A stretch of 60,706 nucleotides of DNA, filler included, from Bipalium vagum (GCA_037834085.1; 3 parts of 3 records of this genome joined end to end with filler, not necessarily neighbours in it), one strand, 5' to 3'. Positions 14,001 to 27,460 are shown, numbered from the whole stretch's first letter. Notes: generated by a model from the letters alone, not told the origin. A program made the numbers and translations.

Positions 14001-17000
14001 AAGACATAATCAGTTACAAAAAAGTCGAATCTTAAGTGTTGTTCTTTAATTTCAATTAGACTTATATTTATCTTCTGCCTATTTTTTAAAAACATTCTTC
14101 TAAAGGTTTTAATTAGTTTAAAACCAAATATAATATGGTATAATGTGAAAGTAAAATACAGGACATTTTATCCAGTTAATATTTCAGGAATTCAAAATTT
14201 CAAGCAGAACTTAAAGCTATGAGTTGGATCATTCCACCAGAGGCGTTAGAGTCATTAGAAAGCAGATATTCAAGACTATCGAAAGTAACCAATGTTTTTT
14301 GATTATTATCTTTATTATTACATAGTACTATTATTTTTTTTACTACACCATTCTATAATGTTTTTTAATTCAAAGCCCTAACGTTATTTCTCAACCTTAC
14401 TTTAATTTTTACTCTCGCATTTAAACTTCTTTCAATACAATAAAATATTTATTTTGTTGGTTTTCATGTAATTTACGTTTTCAATAAATGTATTAAATTA
14501 TTTTATTTTGTATATTTGATGGCCTATTATAGTAGCTAGATGTCCGGTGAATAACATGGATGAGATTAAACTTGGTAGTTTAAATCGTGTAACTTTTGTG
14601 CTGTTAATCTCGAAAGGTGTGGTCTTAGAAAATCGTGGAGCAAAATATGTGCATTTTTATTAACAAGTTCTGGTTTTTAAAGCAATTTCTGTTGCACTAT
14701 TTCAGTTTCGTTGCATATTAAATGACCAATGAGAGATTCCCCAGGTGTTCAAAAGTTTAGTCAATTAATTCAGCTAAAATAAATTAAACCATTAGACAGG
14801 AATCATAGTCTTGAGTGAAGACTTTGTCTAGGCATGTTTTTCAATTTTTCCTGGTATTCATTTATGGAGATTTTTACTTTACCAAAATTTTGAAATTATC
14901 GGGAAATGGTTTATTTGGTGACACTCAATTCTTCAGCTGTTTTAATGTGAAATTGGCGTTTCAGTGTGATATGAATACAATTAGTACCTTAAAAACTGAT
15001 TGATCACCAAATCTTTGAAATAATAAAACTGAAATCCGTCAATTCACATGGGACAACCTAATATTTATTTATTCAAAATCTAGAAATAAATTCGATTAAC
15101 AATATCAGAGTTAATGTTATAAGGTCAAACTTTAAGGCTGCTAATTTTTATCATAATTTGATAACTATCCATATGAATTAATTCATTAGAGTTATTTTTT
15201 ATTTCATGTGTATGTTAGGTCACATTAATTCTACAAATAAGTTGTTTGATCAAAGTATTTCGGATAATCATTAACTTAACATATTGATTGTTGGACAAAT
15301 TATTTTCGTGACCTAAAGGTTTTTTAATTTTCAATTAATTTTTTTTCGGAGACGTAACGGTAAGATAAATTCGAAGTGTTCATACCTGATCATTTACTAT
15401 GGCAAAGCGCCGTAACTGGCAAACAACCAGTTTTATTAATAAAGGTTTTTGTTGAAATGATAATCAATTTATCTGAAATAAAATTTTAATTACTTTTGAG
15501 CATGTTTCTCGAATAAAGTGTACTAATAGTTAAGAGTATGGTGTTTTATAAGTGATCTTTTCGCATATATATCGCATCATTTGACATTTCAATGTTAGAT
15601 TTCCATGACTGTATTACTGTATGTCTCCTATGTTTGAGGACCACTGGACATTTATTAACTCTAGCAGAGATCGTGCATGAACTCAAAAGTGAAGTTGAAA
15701 TAAAATGTTGACATGAATTAATGACATGTTTTTACAAGTATTACACTTCAATTACAGACTGCCTTGTAAAGGAGATTAAAGATCATCAGAGACAAAATAA
15801 TTGAATCCATGTATAACTTCAGTGTATTTGTTGTGAATAAATAAAAATTGATAAATTTCATTTGTGTAGTTGTTTCTCTGTCATATGTCTCAAAGATGAT
15901 GGAACTCAATCAAAGATGAAAATAATATTTACATTTTTATTTTTGGTTATTTTAAGAATGAAAAATATTTCAATTAAAATAAGATGAAACCATATAGTGT
16001 AGGATTTATGATGAGAAAATAACAAAAATATGAACTTCGGTTTATATATAAAATATGATTTATTAATAGAGAGTTTCGTAACTATAAATAATTATTTCGC
16101 TAATTTAAGACTGTCCATTATTTTTCGATCTTATTAAATATATTTTTCCTATCAGAAAGAAAACCAGAGCCTTGAATTCCCAGTCAAAGATTGCGATGAC
16201 AAGAAAGTTAGAAAAAAAAGAGTACGTGAAAATATTAATTTTAATATTTTTTATTAATAATAATTATTATAATTTATTATACCTGATGTGTCCCATGACA
16301 AAAATGATTTATATGAAATAAAAAGACACATTCATATATTAAAATCTTTTTATTTTATTTTGTTACTATTTACGTTATACTTATCTTTAAATAGAAAATC
16401 ATTTTTTTCATGAAATTATCTGAAGATGTTCTTCTTAAGGAAAAGATTCAAATATTTTTCTAAGAGAAAATAATGTAAATAATTCTTTATTTTAAGAAGT
16501 AATTGAGGACTATTTTAAAATAATTAAATTCTTATTATTAAAATTATTATTACATTATAAAAAGAAAGTGAAATGACTATTATTTTCACATGGATTTATT
16601 ATATACTTAGTACATTTGTCCGGTCTAATTGCGATAAATAAAATATCGACAGATTCCGCGAAAATATTGCACAATTTTCCGTTATTCTTCAATCAATCAA
16701 TCACATTTTCATTTATGTAACAATATATTTACATTATTATATAATAACATGGTCGGAAGGTCATTATAATATTTAATAAAAATATTTGAAAATTTTATAA
16801 ATTTATAAATAAATTAAATAAAATTTTATATTTATAATTTTTTGTGGTCGATATTCTTTTGAAAATTCTGTACAACTAATTCACTGCAACTTTGGTACCA
16901 TGTGCTATCTTTGTACGATCTTTGGAGGCAAAAGTCGTGAATACCTTTTTCAATGTCTTCAAATGTTAGTGAATCTTGGTTCTGTTAAAAAAGTTCTTTA

Positions 17001-19223
17001 TGATGCGGTACACAGGTTACTTTACAATTAGGAAACATACATAAAGATATTTAATAATCAAATTTAGTGGAAATTAATTATATACTTTTTTTACTGTCCT
17101 TTTCTATTTGATGTCCTAATATAAATCAAAAATTTAAACTTAAAAATAATTTTAGTTCATTTCTAAATAATTATTAATTTATATAAAAAAATTATTTAAA
17201 ATATTAAATAATGTGGTCTCAGATTTATATGATAAAATAAACTTTATTTTCAAGAATATTATTCTATTGTTTATTTATTTGTTTAATTTCAGTCAAAAAT
17301 TTCCAAGAGTCAAAACAGTAGCGGGGAGTTTTTGTTTGAAAATTTCAGAATTAACAAGTTCATCTACAACAAGATAACTTATCCTATTGCAAATAATAAT
17401 CAACATGAGGTAGAATCATATAATAGTAACCTCTCTATTGACAGTATAGCTGGGGTACAAATAACTAATATACAAAGTTGTAAGCTGTATGGACGGATTG
17501 CCGTTTTTAAGGGGACAATAGTAGCTTTGAAGCAAATCAAAAGTGAAAAACGTATTGAAATTAGTAGAGAAATATTATTGGAAGTCAAAAAGGTTTAATT
17601 TAATTTACGTTTTTTTTCAAAATTATTGGTTAATTTGAAATATTATTAATATTATTTTTTGACTGATCTAATAATTATAATTAATTATTCATTTTAAAAT
17701 AATGTTCTGAAAATTCAAAAATTAAAATACATCCAGGAATTTGAAGTAAACTTGATATTTTATCTCTATTTATTTATACAACGTGTTTATTACATGTGTT
17801 AACATACTTTCACTTTAAATATTTTAATAGAGATATATAAAGTGCTGAAAAAGTCATGTCCACACCCAAATAATACTACATAATATTACTAAATAATGTT
17901 TATCATTAGTTTTTGATGATTAATGATTATTTTTTATAAAAAATCGATAAAGAATTTTTCTAAACTAGCCTATTGTAATTTTCTTATAAATGACAGGAGT
18001 GCATAAATTAATTATTGATGAACTTACAAGAGTGATGGCTAAACTTCGAAAGTCAAACTGCAAAAAAACTCAAAGTTGCTGTCAGAACAGAAATTAAGTG
18101 AAACAGGTACTGTAAAAGACAAAGTAAGATCAGGTAGACCAAAAAAAATATTCAATTAAAGAACGTACATTAGTCTGCACGTCTCAAAAATCGGCTTATA
18201 ACATCCTCTGAACTAAAAATGAAATTTAACAATTACTATGGAGTTTTGTGTAACAGCAGCAACCGTGAGAAATACACTGTGACACTTTTTTAGAATGATA
18301 TTTATATAAAAGAAAATTTTAATCTGTCCACCTCGTTACGATTATGACTGATTCTGTCATTAAGCTCTTTGTTTGGATAAGATCTCTCTGGATAAAATGT
18401 ACTTCAGATAGTCTCTCTAAACGAAATCTAGTGAGTTTAGATCGATCGAACGAGGAGGTTACTTAATTAAACATGGTCTTCCAATCCACCCATTAGATAA
18501 CTTCTGTCCATCCAATCCGATTATTGCACCCGTGCCCCATTGTGTGGTAATTATTTACGATCTCTTGTTACTTAATTATTAGTCATATTTCAAGGTGGGG
18601 AAGTGAGAACTGTGGGTGCCTATTGCCTGATCACCTCCAGAACTTGGCATTCCATAGATCAATTTGAAAATTTTCTATTGACTTTTATATTAAAATTATC
18701 TAAATTATTTTTATACCTTTAAACTGCATAATCAAATTGCTAAAGTTTATCATTTCAAAAGAATATTAATATACATAATAAATGTGAGAGATGAGACGAT
18801 TAACATTCAAATATTATAATATTATTATTATTATTATTAATTATTATTATTATTGGTTGTGCAATTTCAGAATAACCGTTCAAAGCTTTCAATTTTTTAT
18901 TTAAAAATGATATTATATTTTTTGTCCAATTTATTCTTAGCTAAGTATCATTTGAATATATTTCTTAAACATTTATCAGTAATGTTTATTTTTCAAAATT
19001 GTTTAAATTAACAAAAATATTTATTTATTTTGATACATATTTGTAGTTAAAAGATTTAAATTATCACCACATATGTCGATTTATTGGAACCTGTTTGGAT
19101 TCTTTTGATCAATACATTGTATATGAATACTGCTGCAAAGGAAGTTTAAAGGATATTTTAGCCCAAAGTCAATTGGTTCTTGACGGCATGTTCAAATATT
19201 CTCTGATTCAAGATATTTGCAGA
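4902..19223 (+). CDS. Receptor (membrane) guanylyl cyclase, NPR-A/B-like; partial spliced gene, 7 exons visible
   Basis: AG/GT-bounded, phase-compatible exons: 4902-4993 (GISGNVTINENGDRNSEYNLLYMDP, end of ANF-receptor ligand-binding domain); 7271-7403 (IDW...PPPDVPTCGYKNVNC, juxtamembrane Cys pair); 9440-9521 (TM: IYMVYYIMISVFLVVLAIVLGIGMVIYR); 14188-14284 (FQAELKAMSWII); 16156-16221 (least certain); 17293-17592 (AVFKGTIVALKQIKSEKRIEISREILLEVKK); 19047-19223 (LKDLNYHHICRFIGTC...EYCCKGSLKDIL...MFKYSLIQDICR, kinase-homology domain). Motifs match NPR-type cyclases. Confidence 0.92.
7856..8420 (+). mobile_element. Mariner (DD34D, irritans-like) 3' half, little decayed
   Basis: KVMASVFLDAKGILLIDYLENGKTINSEYY...QDNARAH...PPYSPDLAPSDFYLF...WTKCVEL. 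D at 8056 and D at 8161 give D34D; one premature TAG at 8002-8004; TIR-like end ...acgcaacctata. Confidence 0.95.
8455..8690 (+). mobile_element. Short decayed mariner 3' end
   Basis: YVDFKDDYF*-type terminus followed by TIR-like aaacttttcccgaactctacgta. Confidence 0.45.
8960..9400 (+). mobile_element. Decayed mariner 3' fragment
   Basis: LPHKVYSPDINPTDFHLFRSMTH and LPDSWKEVL. Confidence 0.8.
10933..11008. repeat. (AAT)n microsatellite
   Basis: Perfect trinucleotide run, about 25 units. Confidence 0.98.
11290..11760 (+). mobile_element. Decayed DD39D-like (plant/oomycete-type mariner) transposase fragment
   Basis: IGI*RIQVDHEVQRSSSNHKSG...TMTSAIFYKLMCDKI; VFIQMENARQH; NQPAQYSQLVFNDIEFFHSL. 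The last two catalytic positions (11575, 11697) are 122 nt apart across a frameshift. Confidence 0.65.
12000..13685 (+). mobile_element. Near full-length decayed rosa/DD41D-like transposon, interrupted by an insert at ~12726-13258
   Basis: N-terminal HTH region, RPLYPAKVCMWIGF...GETIDGPKYYQML, resuming PTHIFNKVKQ...SDINPWDYYLLSHMKAKVY...GCHIEQ; right end ctgacaccctata. Confidence 0.85.
12726..13258. repeat. Insert with degenerate ~26-27-nt tandem repeats (core ATGGGTT)
   Basis: Core at ~12773, 12800, 12826, 12853, 12871, 12897 and a second cluster at 13033-13210; AGTTTTCAAC (12728-12737) is inverted at 13202-13211. Confidence 0.65.
14540..15062 (-). mobile_element. Decayed mariner 5'/central fragment
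   Basis: TIR-like attaggttgtcccat at the right edge; AEELSVTK*TISR HTH-like segment on the minus strand. Confidence 0.55.
17835..18290 (+). mobile_element. Tc1-like transposase 5' fragment
   Basis: ETGTVKDKVRSGRPKK linker, followed by a TSSELK-like HTH segment. Confidence 0.75.
18300..18670 (-). mobile_element. Possible non-LTR (RTE-like) 3' remnant
   Basis: GC-richer patch; broken W..WTEVI*W pattern resembling the RTE ORF C-terminus. Confidence 0.3.
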
Positions 19224-19818
19224 GTAATTGAATATTTTAATTATTTTATTAAACTCTAATACATAAATTTTCCACAAAAGAGAATGGTTTCAGGATGAAT
19301 TCCTTTTTTTAATATTTTTAATATATAATATTTTTTTATAATAATAAAAATTCAAAATTAATAATATGAAATTTAATTTAATAATTTTTATTTATTAGAC
19401 TTAGACTAGTACTAACCTGATTGATAAAGTTTGGCATTTTTTAACACGACCAATTATTTGTGAATATTTCTTTCGTCTATTAATGTGTTAATTATTTAAT
19501 TCATCTCAATTATTGAGATGCAGAATGTGAAGTCTCCAGCATATATTACAACTTAGGTATCCCAACTTATTTCTTATTTGTTATTCTCTATTTTATCCGG
19601 ATTAATGACTTCTTTTAATTTCCCAAATTGAAAATGACAGCAAATGGATGTTTTTGATTAGTCTGGAACGATCTAAATATCATTCTTGTGTGCACTAGAT
19701 ACTGTTCTAAAATACTGTCTAGAAATAATATATTTAACTATTTTGTTTAAATTGCATTTCATACTATTTTCTAACTTAAGGTTTTGCCCTATTTTTATTA
19801 TAATGTGGGATGATTAAG

Positions 19819-20003
19819 TACGTGATGCGCCCAATAAGTAGTGAGACTAGCATAGAAAGAGATGCACGAATATTATAATTTTTATTTAAATAACAAGCAC
19901 ATTACAGAGGTTTTTTTTCTATATAATTACCATGTACATTGACACATTTCCGCCAGCGAGCAGCCAACTCAATGAAAGCCGATTTAAAGAACTCTGGAGA
20001 TTT
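19819..20003 (-). mobile_element. Mariner 3' end and TIR, cut by assembly gap
   Basis: KSPEFFKSAFIELAARWRKCVNVHGNYIE, then TIR cgtgatgcgcccaataagtagtgagacta flanked by TA. Confidence 0.88.
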
Positions 20004-20103
20004 NNNNNNNNNNNNNNNNNNNNNNNNNNNNNNNNNNNNNNNNNNNNTTAATTAATTAANNNNNNNNNNNNNNNNNNNNNNNNNNNNNNNNNNNNNNNNN
20101 NNN
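20004..20103. other. Assembly gap with artificial six-frame stop linker
   Basis: N44-TTAATTAATTAA-N44. Confidence 0.98.
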
Positions 20104-20165
<62 letters not shown>

Positions 20166-20177
20166 TAATAATAATAA
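20104..20177. repeat. (AAT)n microsatellite at contig edge
   Basis: Near-perfect trinucleotide run abutting the gap. Confidence 0.95.
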
Positions 20178-21519
20178 TTTTATAATAATAAAAGTTGATA
20201 TTTTATAATTACTGAAAGAAAAAAAAGAGAAATTATAATTTTCGTTTTTTTAAAGTTAATTAAATTATTAACAAAAAATTGAGAAATTGAAATTTTTTGA
20301 CGAAATCTTGAGATATTTTTAAATGTTTTAATTGTGGTCAGTTGAGGCCAATTTAATTTCCAAAAACTCAGAAAAATTTGTTTTTCCATTAACATAATAA
20401 AATTTATTAAAAAAACATCATAAAACAGATAATTATTTATATTTTCTTCAATTTCTTATCTAACTAATAAAATACAGGAAAGGTCAAATATAACTGGAAC
20501 ATAATTATGAGTACATTCGTAACTAAAAATTTAATAATTTTAATTTTGAGAACACAATCAATCTATTTTTCAAATAAACACTTTAATAATTTACAAAACA
20601 ATAATCATGTAACCAATGAAAATAATAATTATATGAAAAATAATTTAATAATCAAGTGTCTTTAAATAAAACAACGAAAAAAGCAATTAATATAAATAAT
20701 TGAATTATTTTAATTTTCATACATTGAAAACTATTTCTTTACATTTTTGCTGTCTTTAAAAACCAGTTAGTTTATTGAAAAAAGATAAATATAAAATGTC
20801 TCCCAATTCATCTTTAAGACTCGTGTCGATTAATAACTTCTTTTGCCTAAATATATTTTGAATTTGATGTTCAAAGATATGTTTTCATATTTTTAACATT
20901 GCCGAAAACTAGTATCAACAGAATTTCTATAAATTTCTTACTTTCGATTCCAATAACAACTCTGAAAGTTAGCAAAAGAATATTGTGTCCACACTAATTT
21001 GGTAACATATTGTATTTCTTAATAAAAATATTTTGTCAAATTCTGGTTGATTAAAATTATTATTATTCTTTTTATTTTAAAAATAATACTTTTAATTAAT
21101 CACAGAACAAGCTGATAATCTATTGCTTTTAAACATTAATATGTGGTTGCCGTTCTTTTATTAATAATGACTCACATATCTTTCGTTCATCGATATTATC
21201 GAAATTGCTCATATTTTATTAAATTTATTATTAAATTAATTTATTTTTATTAAATAGAAAAATAATTATTGAGATTGTCAAGAACATTAGAGTGAAATAA
21301 GTATTTGTCTTTAATAAATTAAAAAGCAAAATAAACCAAAAAAATATAGATAAAATATTAATTTCAGATTAAAGTCTGAAAAATTAAGCGCTCTTTTATT
21401 CACGATTATTTATTAATATTATTAATATTATTTTATTATTTATTCGTATTATTCATTATTGACTAGTCCAATAATTCATATAAATAATTTTTGAATAAAC
21501 AATAAATTTAATTAGGTAC

Positions 21520-22415
21520 GTGGTGTACCCAATAGGTACCCAATAATAATAAGAAAAACTGTTAATCTTTCTTTTCATATTTTACCACCACTGCATTTGT
21601 CTCATGTAAGTTTCATAGTTTTATTGGGTAACATTTTAAAGAAAAGGTCAGTCTCATCCCCATTAAAGATATTTCGATTTTCATAACCCAATCTTAGTTG
21701 AGGCCATTGATCAATTAAAAAATTTTGAAAAACCAACTGATCCACTACTTTAGATTCACCAGAGACAGTATCATATATAATTGAATGGCGTTTCCTAAAA
21801 CGTTCAAACTTACGTTACAATTGAAATCTTTAATTTCCAATCTTTCAGCCAATTGAGCTGCTTTTTCAAGAAGTATTTGTGAAGAAATTGGAAGATTGTT
21901 CATTCTTTGAAGTTTAAATCAGTTCAGTAATTCGGAATCAATGCTTTCCAAAGGGGTATTTTTAACTTTCTTGGTGCTTAATGGTCGAGTTCTTTCTCTT
22001 TTATTTTTTATTGATGAAACTACAGAAGGATAGACCTTATGCTTTCTTGCTAGCTCAAACCCCCACATGCTTAAACATGCTTAAACACTCACATCCAACT
22101 GACATAAAATTTCATATTTCTCTTTAAGAGTCCAGATTTTCTTTTTATTCATTATGGATAATTCTAAAATAATTTAAAATGTAAAGAAAAACAAATAAAA
22201 TATTATAAATTAATAATGAAAAAGTAAACGAAAACTAAACAAAGTTGAAACATAAATAAAATCAAAATTATTAGAAGTTAAAAATTAAAACTCTTAAACA
22301 AAAATTTGTTCTGTTTAAACATAATCGCTTAAACAGAACAAAAAGTAATAATAAAGATTAGAAGGCAAAGTATGAGACTAAGATTTGTTTTGTTTAAGCG
22401 AAAAATTCTGTATAC
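21520..22415 (-). mobile_element. Tigger/pogo (CENP-B-like) transposon 5' half, decayed
   Basis: MNKRKIWTLKEKYEIL...LPISSQILLEKA...TVSGES...IFNGDETDLFFKMLPNKT...CSGGKI*KERLTV; TA-CAG end near 22412. Confidence 0.92.
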
Positions 22416-22429
22416 AATTCTGATTATAC

Positions 22430-23324
22430 AATTCAGAAACTCGGATCTTCCTTCTAAGTTTCCTAGCTTGTTTTACAACGCTTATATAGCATTCACTGTT
22501 GAGACGAACACGTGATTCAACAAAATCGGTAAGAATCACGCCATTAGCATCCCAAATAATTTGGAGAGCATTAAGGCTTTTTCATGTGATGATTTCTTCA
22601 TCTTTCTTGAACTGGTCTCTCCTGGAATTATTCATTCTTTTGATTCCCTTCTAGACTGCGAAATATAGAGAGACAGAGTCGTTTCATCCATTGTGATGAT
22701 ATTAACCACCATGTGATCCACAACACGTTGTGTGTACAGATTCTGTTGGCAGCACTCCAAACGGTGAGCTCTCATATCATCAGTTAGAAAACGTGGCACG
22801 AATTGTGAACAAACCTTTCTGACGCTACTACTTTCAAATAATAGCTAATTAGTACCTCTGCTAACATTTAGACGCATAATGAGCTCTCTTGTTGTGATTC
22901 TTCTTTCATTTTGTATAATTTCATGTAGGTTTTCCGTTAATTTTTCGCTGATTTCGCATGGCCTTCCTGATTTTTCTACTTTTACCACGAAAGTGCTTCC
23001 AGCTTTAAATTTATTGTACCATCGTTTATTTGTACCACACGAAGGATTTTGTTCACCATAAACATCATCTAATTCCTTTTGAATTTCTTCTCAACGTTTT
23101 TTCTTCAAATAGAGGAAACGAATGACTCTCCGGTATTGAACATTTTCTAAAGACATTTTAAAAAAAAACGCGATTTGCCTGATAAACATAAAATAATATA
23201 TTAAAATAAATATCTTACATTTACCTATAATATATTGCACTTTATATACAATATATAATTATAATATTGTTTTTTATTTACGTTAGCCTCTCTACATTAG
23301 GCTCACTACTTATTGAGCACACTA
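22430..23324 (-). mobile_element. Mariner 5' two-thirds, decayed
   Basis: ATG at 23156; YRRVIRFLYL...SGRP...RKVCSQFVPRFLT...IITMDET...DANGVILTDF; TIR at 23298-23324. Confidence 0.92.
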
Positions 23325-23681
23325 TTTCTTATAACATTAAAGTTCAACTTCACTGAACCAGTGAATAATTGATCAAATATTTTTATGGATTATATTTCTT
23401 ACCTCTTTAAAGTACGTCATAAATAAAAATTTATTGAGGGATATTATGAAAAATATGCTGTTTCGCTTTATGGAAAGATAGATTTTGAAATTTCTGTAGA
23501 CCTCACCAGATCACTTTATCTTTGTTATTTTAAATAGAGCGGACTTCAAGATTTTGTAACATATATGACAATATTCTTTGATTAAAAGTTATTACATTTT
23601 CAATGTATCGCCTATGACTAATGGAATTATTGTATTTTGAAAGACCTTTTTGTTATTTTATATCAATTATAGTTATGTTAT

Positions 23682-23998
23682 ATTAGGTGTTGCCGTTTTC
23701 CTAAACTCGGCATTACTATCGTAAATTACGAAATTAATTGTGGAAATACCTTAGTGTTTATGGTAGTATTTTATGAAATTGGCTTTTTTTATATTAATTT
23801 ATATTTAATTCTTCCAATTCTTCTCGAGCTGATCTGAAGTTTTCAATCGCAGCAACATAAATAAGCCTGTTTTAAAATGGGAAAAGTGTATTGACAATAA
23901 AGATGAATATTTTGATTAATCAATATTAATCAATATATTTATTTTGTATTAAGTGTTTGGTCTTAAATCGGCAACTTCATAGGTGAACACATAATATA
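23682..23998 (+). mobile_element. Internally deleted mariner remnant
   Basis: KWEKCIDNKDEYFD* terminus and TIR-like ends (attaggtgttgcc / ggtgaacacataata). Confidence 0.6.
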
Positions 23999-24699
23999 TT
24001 TGAGTATAATACTGCATCGTAATAGTATGTTTTGAAATATTTACCTTTTTTGACCCCACTAAACAAGATATATTTTTATTAAATAATATTTATTATATTA
24101 TTTTTATTTATTATGTTTATTTAATATATATTTATTAAAATTATATTTATATATTATTATTTAATTTTAACAAAGAGTCATTTTTTTAGTCTCTGAGGAA
24201 TAAATTTGAGTTACAAATACTTACTAACAAAATCAAAATTAATTAATTATAATTAAATAAAATAATGAAAATATATCTTAAATATAATTAAATAATTTAA
24301 AAATTAAATTAATTATTAAAATAAAATAATAAATAAAAATAATCAATTATTAAAAACCGTTTAATGAATTTCGATAATAATATAATAATATAATAAATAA
24401 TTTTCTGAGATTTAATAATAATTCTCTAAAATAAAACAGTAATAAAGACTTCCTAAATTAGGTTAGAGAAATCTAAAATCCAGATTTTCAGGAAACGAAA
24501 TGAAGAAAAAAGGAAATTAGATTTATCTCTAAAATTAAATTAACTTAATTTCAGATATTTCTTATTTAGAGTATTATTTTCTTCATATTATTTTATATTA
24601 ATTAATTAAATTTTTTCTTTAATTATTCTTTTTAAATATTATTTTATATTCTGTTTGAAAAAGTAAAAAAAGTCATTTAATAAAGTTTTTTTTACAGTT

Positions 24700-25870
24700 T
24701 TTAATTCATTTCAACAAAAATGCACCTCTTTTCTTTCAAGAAAACTAGGCGTAGGATACGCTTGGTTGAGGATCAGTGATGCATATTATGTCTTCATTTT
24801 CCATTCTCATTATCGTTTTTGAGCTATCAAATGTCAACTTATATTTTCCCTAACATCTTCAACAAATATTTAAAATAATATCCTTCGAATGAGCACTATT
24901 AACAAAAAGCTGTACATTAGGGTAAAGGTAATTTAATTATATTCTAACGAATATGACCCTGAATGCCCATGCCAAAACTGCCTATATGTTTGTATAGAAT
25001 CATGATCCTTGTATAATTGATCTTAGACACTGAAACATTATTATCAATCCCACATCGTTCTGGATTTAATACATTAGCGCCCATTATATTGTCAAGTCTT
25101 CAGGTATAATTCATGAGGACACAAATCATATGATTTATAATAGGCAAAACGCGGGTCCTGAAAATATTACATTTGTAAATTATTATAGCAAATTATGAAT
25201 ACCTTCATAAAAGTAATTAATGAGAAAAGCACTTCCCGTCGTGTCTTTATCTTTGAGATTTCTCTGTACAGATTCTGACTAAGATCTTGATTTCTGATCT
25301 GCTTTTTATTTTTCTATTGTACACTGTCGTCAGTGTTATTATGTGATGATAACCTTAGATTTTCAAATTTTCAACCTGAAAAAATGTTGTGATAAAATTT
25401 TAACTATTTATTCACCACCCCGAGCTAGTATATGAATGTAACAGAAGTTCCAGTCAAGTTTCATTAATTCTTCTTTGTATTGATCTCACCTTTATGAAGT
25501 CACTCATAATGGACACCAGGTGCACAATATTACTTTTTTTCAATGTTAACTTTGAACTTTACAACATGCGGTCTTGATACTTTGCTTGATACTAATCAAG
25601 AAGCTTCTTTACGCACCTCATTATTTATGTAATTCATTTCTCAATACCAATTATCGGCTGATCGAAAAAAGCTTTATGCCTTGGCTCACAAATGGAGCAC
25701 ATCCAAACAATCTGTATAAGTATTATCAGGAAGATTATGAGTATGACTTTTACAGAAATTCTTAGTATATTTTAGTTTTTTCAAAGGCTTTTTGAAGTAT
25801 TTTATATTTTTCTTAAGTTTGTCTTGGTTGCCTTAATTTGAATAACTCTTAAAGTATAGTGTTGTATGAT
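24700..25870 (-). mobile_element. Decayed LTR-retrotransposon (Gypsy-like) pol/integrase remnant
   Basis: Broken HHCC-like segment (VKILSQHF...VRICTE), GPAF-like and LAWAFR segments in integrase order. Confidence 0.45.
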
Positions 25871-26429
25871 TTTTTCACAAAAAATTAAGATTTGAAAATT
25901 AGTAAAATCTATAACAGGAATAATTGCGAAATATGTTATTTAGTTGAATGGCTGTTTATTTGCTTCATATAAATAAAATAAATCATTTCATTCTAATAAT
26001 AGTGTGAATTATTCGTTCATACGAGGAAGTAATTTTGAAAAAATATCAAAGTTAAGAATTAAAAATATTAATAATATTCCTTCAAGAATAATTTTATTAT
26101 TGCTGTTGTATCTTATTCTTAGAAAAAATATTACAAATATTATTTAAGAAACTATTGAAAAAAATCAATAATATTGAAAATGTTTTGATGAACCAATGAA
26201 TATTCGTTAATGCAAATAGTTAATTCGTTCTTCATAACAGTAGGGAATATAACACGTAAAGGTAAAAAGTATTTATTCAAACAAATCAATAATAAGTAAC
26301 ATAACTCAAATAATACAAAATCTGGATTTAAATTTTTATATTTTTATTCAGGTTTTCCATATTTGCTTAACATATGTGTATTGTAAAACATTTCAGTAGT
26401 TTTTCATATAAACAATGTAATAAGTAGTA

Positions 26430-27460
26430 CGAATGCCAAGACGAAAGCGACTTACACCGGTGGAAAGGGGATTCATTATTTCATTGGACGCAACTGGTAT
26501 CTCCAACTCTTAAATTGCTTGTCAGTTAAAGTATATTGAAGGATTAGTCTGAAACTTCGTCAGAAATGGCAAGAAATATGGTATTAAGAAAACACTGAAA
26601 AACTTTCACTCCTGGCAAAAGATCGTATTTGAGAAGAAGCCACCAAAATTCATTTGAATTCCAAACATATTGTTGATAAATAGAAACGTTCATTTTTAAA
26701 ACAACGTGCATCTAAGATTTTACGATCTACGCCTAATGTACGATGGTTGAAAATACTGAATAAACCGCGTTTATCAGCGGTGCACATTGTAAAAGGTATC
26801 AGATTTGCAAAAGGCTATGTGTATTGGAAGAGGAAATGGAAAGATACTATTTTTCAGATGATACAAAATTTAAACTAGACAGTCCTGATTGTTCCAGGTG
26901 TTATTGACATGATTTTTTCAGGCAAAAAATCACTAGATCAAAGGGTAATTTTAGTGGAGGTAGTCTAATGGTCTAGGAATCATTTTCATCTCACAGTGCA
27001 CTTCCTACATGTTAGATTTCTATTAATTACTTCAATTTTTGTAAAACTCCTAGAAGATGTTTTGGTAAATCATCTTGAAGAGAATGAGAACATACATTTT
27101 GCCTTTCAGCGAGACAATGAGTCAATCAACGATTCCATAGTATCTAAAGAATATTTTTCTCTCATTGAAATATCTGTCATTGAGTAGTCTTCATAAAGTC
27201 CAGATTGTAAACAGGTGTTACAAAGGATATACCAACGGAAGTCAATCTGAATCTGTTAAAAACATCAAAAAATTTGTTATAATGTGCTGGAAGTAAATCA
27301 GCTCCAGAGTTATAAAAAACTTAGTAATGTCAAGTCTGACAAGATTTTTGAGGTCCCTAAACATCAAAGAAAAGCACCTTTTACAATAAAATTTCAACAG
27401 GTACTGTTTTCATAAATAGTTAAGATCATTTTTGAACTTATTTCGTCCAAATCGTTACCG
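26430..27460 (+). mobile_element. Tc3-like (Tc1 family) transposon, near full length, decayed
   Basis: MPRRKRLTPVE...KPRLSAVH...FSDDTKFKLDSPD...FSGGSLMV*...FAFQRDNESI...SPDC. Confidence 0.9.

Noticed and set aside
20048-20059. Palindromic TTAATTAATTAA centred in N runs (also 42027-42038)
   Set aside because: Identical 44+12+44 layout at both gaps; an artificial six-frame stop linker, not biology.
24950-24990. SFGMGI on the minus strand resembling a RecQ helicase motif
   Set aside because: No other helicase motifs; another frame fits the integrase remnant better.
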